From Clostridia bacterium (GTDB lineage: Bacteria > Bacillota > Clostridia > Christensenellales > Borkfalkiaceae), in the NCBI GenBank assembly GCA_014804975.1, contig JAAUYT010000021.1:1-56758 (forward strand): a DNA stretch of 56,758 nt, written 5' to 3'. A program made the translations under genes and the position numbers. Each line of letters starts with the position of its first letter. The stretch's first letter is position 1. Shown here in pieces: positions 8,615-17,119 of this stretch. The notes below the pieces were generated by a model. That model saw nothing but the letters and a program-made list of their open reading frames with translations, did not search any database and was not told the origin of the DNA.

Positions 8615-10834
8615 ATGAAGATTAACAGAAAAAAAGCGGTTGCGGTCGCGGTTGCGGCAGTCATGAGTTGCGGGTTGTTTGCAGGTTGCGATCTCGTTAC
8701 CCGTAACGAAGCCAAGAATTTGCAACAGACGGTTGCGACAGTCGATATTACGAAAACCGATAACTTTAAAGCGGAGTTCGGTTTGGATGAAAATCTCGTT
8801 GCAAAGGTTATAATGCCGGCGTCCATTTCGAAGATGGACATGATCGCTGCGTTTGTTGGCGCGGGCTACTCGAACTATATGAACTACTACGGCTGGTCGT
8901 ATAAAGAAGTGTTCGACTTGATATCGAAATCGCTTGCACAGAATCAGATCTCTATTCAGTATGCGAAGGCTTACTTCCTTAAAAACGGCTGGACGGACAA
9001 GGACGATACGAAAGAAAACCCCGCCGGTAAGGAGTACACCTACAACGATCTTGAAAAATTCAACGCCGCCGTCAAGGACGAAGACGGTAAAGAACTTACG
9101 GGTGTCGAATACGAAATTGCCGTGTTGAAATATTTCCTTACGGAAAAGGAAATCGATAAGGCGAGCTATACGACGCGCGTCATGCTCAATAACTCTATCG
9201 ACTCTACCGAAAAAAATCGGTTTCTCGATGAAAAAGAGGACGATAAGGAATACGATTCCGACGTAAGAACGACACCTACGGGATTGAATACTTCGAACAG
9301 CGATTACTACGACCCCGACTACCTCGTATACACGGGCACGGGCATACAAAACGCCGTGCGCGGAAGCTACGAACCCCAAGAGGGCTCTACGACGACGACG
9401 CGCCTTCGTGCCTATAATTATTTTATTACGGGCTTAGAATCGAACGGTCTTGTGAAGAAAGGCGAGGATACGAGCGATATCGAATCGCTTGAATACTTCA
9501 AGCTTGAATATAAATCGGACTTAGAGAACGCGCTCGTTCAAAAATTGACCAACGTCTTTGCAGAGCAGGCGGAAGAGACGCTTACGGCGACTTATGTCCA
9601 AGAAAAATTTGATGCGGAGCTCCAAAATCAGAGTGATCTTTACAGAAAGTCGTCCTCCACTTTGGAGAGCGCTATGGGCTCCGTTTCCGATACGAACTTC
9701 GTTTTAACGGCGACGGGAAATTTGGACGAGGAGAGCGCATTCGGCTTCGTAATCAATATTCTTTTGCCGTTCTCTGCGGCGCAGTCGGACGAGCTTAACT
9801 CCGTCACGCAGGACTTCGGTGATACGAAGGGCAACAAGTTCGTAACGCGCGCACAGTTGTTGTCAAAGATCAAGGCGACCGATCAGCGCGGCAGCTGGTT
9901 CCGCGGCGAGACCGATTATTCCTTTAAGGTAACCGCTGCCGATAAGGCGTATACGGGCGCCGATTCAACGAAAAAAAGAGAGTGGCTCTTCTTCGAGGAC
10001 AACCTTAAAGAAAGCGACGACAAGAATATTTATAAGTACGAACGCTTAAAGAACTACTACGGTCAGTATACCTATAACGGCACGTGGAACGATGACGATA
10101 AGGTGCGTAAATACAAACCGAACTCCATCGATATTGACGATTTCATCATGGAGATGGAAGGGTATTTGAAATACGCGTTTGAAAGAGAAGAAATCAACGC
10201 CGTAGCGAGTGGAACAAAAGCTACAAATTATTACGCTTCCAATAAGAGTTACTATTATACGGAGGAGAAGGACGGTCACAAGGTAGGCGACGTCAATTAC
10301 GAGCAATTCGTCTACTATCAGGGGAAAGTCAATTTTGACGGCGACTTTAACGCAAATCAAATCTTTAAAACGGGCAGCCAAGAGAACGTCGCGATGTCCG
10401 TCATAAACGAACTGTCGTTCGCGTATAATACGGATACGGGCGGACTCAATTCCTATCTCGGCTATGCGGTCACTGCGAACAAGACGAACTTCGTAAGCGA
10501 ATTCGAGTATGCGGCGCAAAAGGTCGTGCTTGCGGGCGCGGGCAACTATATCGTCGTTCCTTCCGATTACGGCTGGCATATCATCTACTGCACCTTCTCG
10601 TTCGTTGACAGTGACGAGGTTGACGAGGGTATCAGAACGCCTTTCAAATTCAATTACAACGAAATAAAGGAAGAGGGAACCTTCTCCAATCTCTTCTACG
10701 AAGACTTGAAAGCGGACACCGATTCTAAGGACTCGACGAATCGCCACAGCATGATGATTTCCACTTACTATAAGGAAAGCTGCACGATTTACGAAAAACG
10801 CTATTCCGATCTTTCGAATATCGGGAACAACTAA
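8615..10834 (+). CDS. Very large PrsA/SurA-like foldase lipoprotein with a divergent parvulin PPIase domain at the C-terminus
   Basis: Lipoprotein signal MKINRKKAVAVAVAAVMSCGLFAGC. SurA-N-like start (VATVDITKTDNFKAEF). C-terminal parvulin-like block TDTGGLNSYLGY...FVSEFEYAAQ...PSDYGWHIIYC. Position after mfd as in other Firmicutes. Confidence 0.55.
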   Translation: MKINRKKAVAVAVAAVMSCGLFAGCDLVTRNEAKNLQQTVATVDITKTDNFKAEFGLDENLVAKVIMPASISKMDMIAAFVGAGYSNYMNYYGWSYKEVFDLISKSLAQNQISIQYAKAYFLKNGWTDKDDTKENPAGKEYTYNDLEKFNAAVKDEDGKELTGVEYEIAVLKYFLTEKEIDKASYTTRVMLNNSIDSTEKNRFLDEKEDDKEYDSDVRTTPTGLNTSNSDYYDPDYLVYTGTGIQNAVRGSYEPQEGSTTTTRLRAYNYFITGLESNGLVKKGEDTSDIESLEYFKLEYKSDLENALVQKLTNVFAEQAEETLTATYVQEKFDAELQNQSDLYRKSSSTLESAMGSVSDTNFVLTATGNLDEESAFGFVINILLPFSAAQSDELNSVTQDFGDTKGNKFVTRAQLLSKIKATDQRGSWFRGETDYSFKVTAADKAYTGADSTKKREWLFFEDNLKESDDKNIYKYERLKNYYGQYTYNGTWNDDDKVRKYKPNSIDIDDFIMEMEGYLKYAFEREEINAVASGTKATNYYASNKSYYYTEEKDGHKVGDVNYEQFVYYQGKVNFDGDFNANQIFKTGSQENVAMSVINELSFAYNTDTGGLNSYLGYAVTANKTNFVSEFEYAAQKVVLAGAGNYIVVPSDYGWHIIYCTFSFVDSDEVDEGIRTPFKFNYNEIKEEGTFSNLFYEDLKADTDSKDSTNRHSMMISTYYKESCTIYEKRYSDLSNIGNN

Positions 10835-10866
10835 CGCATAACAAAACGATTGCATTTGGAGCTTCA

Positions 10867-11700
10867 ATGGGAATTTGGGAAGCTATTTGGAAATCGGCTG
10901 TTTTAGGTACGGTGCAGGGACTCACAGAGTTCCTGCCCGTTTCTTCAAGCGGACATTTAACGCTGTTACAGCAGATATTAGGCTACGACTTGGGCGTTGC
11001 GGGAATGACCTTCGTGAATATCCTTTTGCACTTCGGAACGCTTTTATCCGTCGTGTTGGTCTTTTGGAAGGATATTTTGGCGCTCTTTAAAAAGCCCTTC
11101 AAAACGCTCCTCATGCTGATCGTGGCAACGATTCCCGCGGGCGTTATCGGGCTCTTATTCGACGATAAGATCGAGGCGCTTTTCGATCCGGGCTCCAACG
11201 CCGCCTGGCTCTGTTGGCTTGCCGTGTTCTTCGCATTCACGGCGTTTATATTGCTATTGACCGAATTTATATCGTCGCGCAAGAAAAAGACTGCGCCCCT
11301 TAGTTGGCGGCATTCGATTCCCATGGGACTTGCGCAGGCGGCGGCGCTCTTCCCCGGAATTTCGCGAAGCGGGTCGACCATTGCGGCGGGCGTGATTTCG
11401 GGCGCAAAGCGGGAGGAGGTTGCAAAGTTTTCCTTCCTCATGAGTATTCCCGTCATTTTGGGAAGTCTCGCCGTAGAGGTTTTTCACGTCGTAAAACCCG
11501 ACGAAGGGGTCACGGTCGCGATCGGCACGGGCGGAATTATCGGCATGATCGTGGGAGTTGTATTCTCCGCAGTTGCGGGGTTCTTTGCAATCAAGGTCAT
11601 GCTGAAAGTCATCAATAAAGGGAACTATAAGTGGTTCGCGGTGTACCTCGTCGCGCTGTCGTTCACCTGCTTTTGGCTGAACGCACTCGGCGTGCTGTGA
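10867..11700 (+). CDS. uppP: Undecaprenyl-diphosphate phosphatase
   Basis: GLTEFLPVSSSGHL and PGISRSGSTI motifs. 8-TM profile. Confidence 0.92.
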   Translation: MGIWEAIWKSAVLGTVQGLTEFLPVSSSGHLTLLQQILGYDLGVAGMTFVNILLHFGTLLSVVLVFWKDILALFKKPFKTLLMLIVATIPAGVIGLLFDDKIEALFDPGSNAAWLCWLAVFFAFTAFILLLTEFISSRKKKTAPLSWRHSIPMGLAQAAALFPGISRSGSTIAAGVISGAKREEVAKFSFLMSIPVILGSLAVEVFHVVKPDEGVTVAIGTGGIIGMIVGVVFSAVAGFFAIKVMLKVINKGNYKWFAVYLVALSFTCFWLNALGVL

Positions 11701-11750
11701 GAGTATAAATCGCAAAAAGCTCCGCATACTTTGAGTAGCGGAGGATGAAT

Positions 11751-11903
11751 ATGAGATTGAATTGCGGAGACACCTGTCCTAAGACGGGCGCATATAGAGT
11801 TGTAGACGGCGAAGGGAGAATCATGAATACGATTTTCGTCGGTGAGGGGGAGAGTATGCCTCCTACTCAGTTGGCGAACTGTCATTATGAATCCGAGCTT
11901 TAA
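11751..11903 (+). CDS. Small YjzC-like protein (50 aa), absent from the supplied ORF track because it is under 60 aa
   Basis: GGAGGA RBS 5 nt upstream of the ATG. Sequence MRLNCGDTCPKTGAYRVVDGEGRIMNTIFVGEGESMPPTQLANCHYESEL follows the YjzC pattern (G-x-x-x-P-x-x-G-x-Y ... G-E-x-x-P-x-T). Confidence 0.4.
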   Translation: MRLNCGDTCPKTGAYRVVDGEGRIMNTIFVGEGESMPPTQLANCHYESEL

Positions 11904-11920
11904 TAAATAAGGAGAGACCC

Positions 11921-12367
11921 ATGACGAGGGGAGAGCAAGCCGAACAATATTTCAGAGAGGGCTACAACTGTACGCAGGCGGTCGTGCTTGCCTTTATGGA
12001 CGATATGAAGGCGGACAGGGAAACGCTCCTTGCGGTAGCGCATCCCTTCGGCGGCGGCATGGGAAGGCTTCGCTTGACCTGCGGGGCAGTCACGGGCGCC
12101 GTGATGTGCTTGGGACTCTTTTTCCCCGAACTCAAAAAGAGCGAGCTCTACGCAATCGTGCAGGAATACTGCCGCCGCTTCGAAGAAAAGAACGGGAGCG
12201 TTATCTGCGGAAAACTTCTTTCGGGCGCGGGAATCGGGGTAGATTCTTCTCCGAAGGCGGAGGCGCGGACGGAAGAGTATTACAAAAAGCGACCCTGTCC
12301 GCTCCTCATTCACGACGCGGCAGACCTTCTTGAAGAGTTATTGAAAGAGCGCGAAGTGCTTTCCTGA
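11921..12367 (+). CDS. C_GCAxxG_C_C family protein (putative redox-active)
   Basis: YNCTQAV, GGGMG and LTCGAVTGAVMC motifs. AAGGAG RBS. Confidence 0.7.
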   Translation: MTRGEQAEQYFREGYNCTQAVVLAFMDDMKADRETLLAVAHPFGGGMGRLRLTCGAVTGAVMCLGLFFPELKKSELYAIVQEYCRRFEEKNGSVICGKLLSGAGIGVDSSPKAEARTEEYYKKRPCPLLIHDAADLLEELLKEREVLS

Positions 12368-12410
12368 GAAGCGGGAGAGCATTTTTTTATTTTGCTTTTT
12401 AAAAAAACTC

Positions 12411-12439
12411 TTTACAGTCGGAGAAAATTAGTATATAAT
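12411..12439 (+). promoter_or_regulatory. Sigma-70-type promoter of the two-gene membrane-protein unit
   Basis: TTTACA, 17-nt spacer, TATAAT. Confidence 0.45.
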
Positions 12440-12459
12440 GTATACTGAGGAGATAGGAA

Positions 12460-13281
12460 ATGCGCATAGTATTCGGAAATTGGAAATACCTTTTTAAAAA
12501 TTTCTGGTACGTACTCGCCTGCGGGTTGGTGCCGGCGATTTTTATTGCGCTCTCTTTCGACTATACCGCGATCTCGGAATTCGTGCACGGATATTTTAAA
12601 GGGGCTCCGCGCACGGGCTTTTTGGATATGCTCAGCGCCTTCGCTCCCGTGAGAATCGATTCCGCACTCGGCGGGATATATACGGCGTTTGCGTATATTT
12701 TATCTTCGATTTTTGCAGCGCTTCTGCTCTCCTTAGTGGAAAAGCACATGCGCATCGGCAAGCGTACGATGAGCGGCGTGGGAACGGAAATGAAGAATCT
12801 TCTTCTGCCTTCCTTTTTGATTATTTTTCTGTTTTACGCGCTCGGCGAGATCGCGGCGATCATATTAGCTGCGATCATGTTTGCGATTTTCTCGCTCTCT
12901 TCCACGGTACTCGTGTACATTTTGACGGCGCTTGCGTTTTTCGTCGTCGCGTTTCTGTTTTTGTACGTATTCGAAGCGTTTTATCTGTGGTTGCCCTGTA
13001 TGCAAATCACGGGCTTCCGCCCTTATCACGCCTTTCTGTATTCCTACCGCCTCTCGATAGGGGTGAGGTGGAAGCTCATTGCGGCGCACGCGCTCTCGAT
13101 TTTAGTTGCAATCGTTTTATTGGGCGGAATGTCTTTCCTTCCTGAAATTGCGTTCCGTGCCGCCGCGCTCGTTCTCAGTCTCTTCCTCTATGCGGGTATC
13201 TTTATCCGTATGGAAACCGTCTATTTCGAAACGGACAAATTGGACAGAGAGGACGTTATCAAAAGCTATAAGGACCTTTAA
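12460..13281 (+). CDS. Polytopic membrane protein, function unknown
   Basis: 273-aa ORF with GAGGAG RBS and about 6 hydrophobic segments. No motif I recognise. Confidence 0.6.
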   Translation: MRIVFGNWKYLFKNFWYVLACGLVPAIFIALSFDYTAISEFVHGYFKGAPRTGFLDMLSAFAPVRIDSALGGIYTAFAYILSSIFAALLLSLVEKHMRIGKRTMSGVGTEMKNLLLPSFLIIFLFYALGEIAAIILAAIMFAIFSLSSTVLVYILTALAFFVVAFLFLYVFEAFYLWLPCMQITGFRPYHAFLYSYRLSIGVRWKLIAAHALSILVAIVLLGGMSFLPEIAFRAAALVLSLFLYAGIFIRMETVYFETDKLDREDVIKSYKDL

Positions 13282-13283
13282 TT

Positions 13284-14240
13284 ATGAGATTTCGGAATGC
13301 GATCCATATCACGATGGATAATTTTTCAAGCGTATTCAAACTTCTTTTATATTCCGTACTGACGGGTGCGGTATTTATGAGTTTGAGTTATTTGATTTTC
13401 CGTTTGGGACTCGACGGCATTATTTCGGGTAATCCCACGAAGGAAGTCGCAAGGCTTATCAAGCAATTTTTCAGCGCGATCGCCACGGGCAATACCGATT
13501 TTTTGGGCGCCTTTCATGAAACCTTTTCGGCGGCGTTTTCCGAGTTCAAAGAACTGCTATTGAGCTCTACGGGTGCGATCATCGGAACGGGCGTGGGGCT
13601 TGCCGCAATGTATCTTTTGTCGCGTTTTACGAACGGACTCGCGCGCTTTGCGATTGCGGGCACGATGAACGATAGAATGAGCACCTTTTCCCGTACGCGG
13701 TTTGCAGGCTCCTACTTTAAGAACCTTGCAAAGGCCGCGCTGTACGAAGTGATCTACGTGCCGCTCATCTTCCTTTACGACGTCATGATGATAGTCGTGT
13801 GTTGGTTCTGTTTCTTTTGGCTGCCTGCGACGCTCTCGATCACCGGTTGGGTTTCGATTTTGTTTTCGCTTGCGTTGACGGTGACGGCAGTCGCCTGTCT
13901 GGAAGCGCTTAAAATGACGCTCATTTCCGCTTGGATTCCCGCAATTATTGCGGGAGAAAAAAAGGTTGCGCGCGCCTTCCGCGAAAGCCTTTGCGCAAAG
14001 AAGCACTTCGGCAGACGCTTTGCAAGCTTCTTGATTGCGGTCTATCTCATTCTCGTCGTCAACGTGCTTTTCGCACTTTGCACCTTCGGAAGTGCGCTGC
14101 TCGTGACCCTGCCTTTGAGCTTCGTGTTCCTGCTTGCTTTGCAGTTCGTGCAGTACTACGAGGATAATTCGAAAAAGTACTTTATTTCTTCGCGCACCAT
14201 TGCGGGCGGCGAGGAAAAGCCCAACGGTTTGGAAGAATAA
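13284..14240 (+). CDS. Polytopic membrane protein, function unknown
   Basis: 318-aa ORF starting 2 nt after the previous stop. Several hydrophobic segments. Architecture similar to the preceding gene. Confidence 0.6.
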   Translation: MRFRNAIHITMDNFSSVFKLLLYSVLTGAVFMSLSYLIFRLGLDGIISGNPTKEVARLIKQFFSAIATGNTDFLGAFHETFSAAFSEFKELLLSSTGAIIGTGVGLAAMYLLSRFTNGLARFAIAGTMNDRMSTFSRTRFAGSYFKNLAKAALYEVIYVPLIFLYDVMMIVVCWFCFFWLPATLSITGWVSILFSLALTVTAVACLEALKMTLISAWIPAIIAGEKKVARAFRESLCAKKHFGRRFASFLIAVYLILVVNVLFALCTFGSALLVTLPLSFVFLLALQFVQYYEDNSKKYFISSRTIAGGEEKPNGLEE

Positions 14241-14276
14241 ATTTTGCGCTGGTGTAGCGCGTTTTAGGGAGATATT

Positions 14277-15995
14277 ATGTCTTATAACGAAAATTACGAA
14301 CAATGGCTAAACGATCCCCGTCTCGACGAGGAGGGCAAGGCGGAGCTTCTTGCAATCAAGGATGACGAAAAGGAAAAGGAATACCGCTTCGGCGGCGAGC
14401 TCGAATTCGGCACGGCGGGTATGCGCGGCATTATCGGGTGCGGCATGAACATGATGAATATTTACACCGTCATGCGCGCTACCGAAGGACTTTCCCGCTA
14501 TATTTGCTCTCTCGGAGAGGAGGCGAAAAAGAGGGGAGTCGTCATCTCCTACGATACGCGAAGAAAGAGCCGTCTCTTTGCCGAAAAGTCTGCGGGCGTG
14601 CTTGCAAAGAACGGGATCAAAGCCTATCTATTTTCCGACGTGCACCCCGTGCCTATGCTTTCGTATGCGGTGCGGTATCTCAAAACGATCGCGGGCATTA
14701 TGATCACGGCTTCGCACAACCCCAAGGAATACAACGGATATAAGGTCTACGGCGAGGACGGCGCGCAGATGTCGCCCGAAGCAACGGAAGTCGTCGTAAA
14801 GGAAATCGAAAAAATTACAGATTATCTCTCGGTCACGGGCGACGAAAAGAGCCCGCTCATTTCGTCGGTTCCCAATAAAGTCGATAAAACTTATATAAAG
14901 GCTCTTTCCAAGCTGACCCTTTCCAAGAAGGCGGTCAAACAGTGCGGGAAAGATTTAAAGCTCGTCTATACCCCCGTGCACGGTTCGGGCTACGTTCCCG
15001 TAACGAACGTTCTTTCAAAGCTTGGGATCAACGTGACCGTCGTAGAGGAGCAGAAAAATCCCGATACCGAATTTTCCACCGTGAAAGTGCCCAACCCCGA
15101 ATTTAAGGAAACGCTCTCCATGGGCATTGCGCTTGCAAACAAAATTCATGCGGACGTGGTGTTCGGTACCGATCCCGATTCCGACCGCCTCGGCGTTGCA
15201 ATCAAGAACGACGAAGGAGAGTTTATTGCGCTTTCGGGCAACCAAGTGGGCATTCTTCTCCTCGATTACATACTCACCCGCCTCAAAGAGGAGAAGGCAC
15301 TTCCCAAGAATGCCGCCGTCGTGAAATCGTTCGTTACGACGGGTATGGCAAAGGCGCTTGCGGACGACTTCGGCGTAGCACTCTTCGAAACGCCCGTCGG
15401 CTTCAAGTTTATCGGCGAAAAGATAAAGGAGTGGGAAAAGAGTGGGGCGTACACCTATGTGTTCGGCTTCGAGGAATCCTGCGGATATCTGCGCGGCACG
15501 CACGCACGCGATAAGGACGCGGTCGTAGCGAGTATGCTTGCTGCGGAAATGGTTTGCTACTATACCTATATCGGCAAGAGCGTTTACGCCCGCTTGATGG
15601 AAATCTATCAGAAGTACGGCTACGTTCTCGATAAAAATATTTCGATTCAGTATTCGGGCTTGAACGCCATGAAGGAAATGAACGCCGTCGTTGACGCATT
15701 AAAGACTGTCAAAGTCGCTTCGTTCGGCAATTTCAAAGTAACGGCGGTGCGCGACTATTCCGCGTCGGTGAGAAGAACTGCGGACGGCAAAGAGGAAGCG
15801 CTCGACATTCCCAAGTGCAACTGCGTGTATTACGAGCTCGAAGGGGGCTCCTTCATCTGCGTGCGTCCGTCGGGCACGGAACCCAAGCTCAAAATTTACT
15901 ATTCGGTGCGCGCCGAGAATGAAGAAAAGGCAAACGAAGAGCTTGAAAAAGCGAAGAAGTCCGTCGAAGAGCTTTTGGAAAGCGTTAAGAAGTAA
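14277..15995 (+). CDS. Phosphoglucomutase/phosphomannomutase (alpha-D-phosphohexomutase, PgcA-like)
   Basis: Active-site TASHNPKEYNGYK, metal loop GTDPDSDR, sugar loop GFEESCG. 572 aa. Confidence 0.9.
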   Translation: MSYNENYEQWLNDPRLDEEGKAELLAIKDDEKEKEYRFGGELEFGTAGMRGIIGCGMNMMNIYTVMRATEGLSRYICSLGEEAKKRGVVISYDTRRKSRLFAEKSAGVLAKNGIKAYLFSDVHPVPMLSYAVRYLKTIAGIMITASHNPKEYNGYKVYGEDGAQMSPEATEVVVKEIEKITDYLSVTGDEKSPLISSVPNKVDKTYIKALSKLTLSKKAVKQCGKDLKLVYTPVHGSGYVPVTNVLSKLGINVTVVEEQKNPDTEFSTVKVPNPEFKETLSMGIALANKIHADVVFGTDPDSDRLGVAIKNDEGEFIALSGNQVGILLLDYILTRLKEEKALPKNAAVVKSFVTTGMAKALADDFGVALFETPVGFKFIGEKIKEWEKSGAYTYVFGFEESCGYLRGTHARDKDAVVASMLAAEMVCYYTYIGKSVYARLMEIYQKYGYVLDKNISIQYSGLNAMKEMNAVVDALKTVKVASFGNFKVTAVRDYSASVRRTADGKEEALDIPKCNCVYYELEGGSFICVRPSGTEPKLKIYYSVRAENEEKANEELEKAKKSVEELLESVKK

Positions 15996-16012
15996 ATTTT
16001 TTCTCCGAACGA

Positions 16013-17092
16013 ATGAAGAATAAAACGAAAAATTTATTAAAAAAGGCAGGCACGGTCATATTTTTGACCGCCTGTCTTTTTTGTCTTTTTCTGCCCTTGC
16101 CGAAGAAGATTTCAAATAACGAAACTTACGATTGCGTTTGGGCGGACGGAAGCGTGACGCGGGAGAGTTATTCCTCCGCATACAAAAGTCTTGCAGGCAT
16201 GGACGGGGAGAACGTGATTTTATTGCGCGAGGGATTGACGGGCAAAATCGAAAGCGAAGCGGGTGCGGTTTACACCGCTCTTAAAAGCGGAAACCTTGCC
16301 GAGATACTCGAATGCACCTTGGCGGGTACGCGCATCGACAGTGCGGCGCTCTACCGCGAATTTTCTAATCGAGTTTGGTATAACGGAGATTACTACGTTT
16401 GGACGGGGAGCAAAATCGAGCGAGTTTCGCGCGCGGAGCGGGGTGAAATCGTCTTTTGGGAAGGAAACGTAACGCCCCGCATTCTCAGAGAGACGAACGC
16501 GACGACGGTGTATTTACGCGCGGGAGCGTCGATTTCGGCTTCGTCGTTTGTAGAAAGTAAAGTCGAAAAGGTTTACGCGGAAGCGCCCTATCAAGAAAAC
16601 GGTGGAGCGGTCTATTTAAACACCGCGGGCGGAAAAAGGCTGCTCGCGGCGCTTAGCGGTATTCAAGAGCTTGTATTGGACGAAGATTCGGCGTTCGCAG
16701 ACGAGGGTGCGCTTCTTGCCTGTCAAGCGCTTACGTCGCTTACCGTGCCGTTTGCGGGAAGTGCAAGATCACCGTACGGCACGAACTACAAAGGCGAATT
16801 TGCACATCTCTTTTCGGACGGTAAGGAATACCGCGTTCCCGAAACGCTTGCGCGCGTTACGGTGACGGGCGGACGAATCATTCCGTATGCGTTCTACACC
16901 TGCCCGAATCTGAAAGAAATCGACGCCTGCACGGTGCCGGAAGGTGAAATTTCCAAAACCGCCTTTTCGGGGCTTTCTTCACTTGAAACGCTTCACACAC
17001 CGAAAAGGGATGTTTTGCTCACGGGCAATTTTATTTCGTACACCGCCGAATGCGGTTGTACGGTATATACAAGAAATCATTCACAAAATTAA
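16013..17092 (+). CDS. Membrane-anchored leucine-rich-repeat (BspA/LRR_5-like) protein
   Basis: N-terminal TM anchor (GTVIFLTACLFCLFLPL). C-terminal repeats of the form AF..C..L..L..P (ALLACQALTSLTVPF, YAFYTCPNLKEI, TAFSGLSSLETLHTP). Confidence 0.45.
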   Translation: MKNKTKNLLKKAGTVIFLTACLFCLFLPLPKKISNNETYDCVWADGSVTRESYSSAYKSLAGMDGENVILLREGLTGKIESEAGAVYTALKSGNLAEILECTLAGTRIDSAALYREFSNRVWYNGDYYVWTGSKIERVSRAERGEIVFWEGNVTPRILRETNATTVYLRAGASISASSFVESKVEKVYAEAPYQENGGAVYLNTAGGKRLLAALSGIQELVLDEDSAFADEGALLACQALTSLTVPFAGSARSPYGTNYKGEFAHLFSDGKEYRVPETLARVTVTGGRIIPYAFYTCPNLKEIDACTVPEGEISKTAFSGLSSLETLHTPKRDVLLTGNFISYTAECGCTVYTRNHSQN

Positions 17093-17119
17093 GCGCACTT
17101 CCGATATAATGATAACGTT

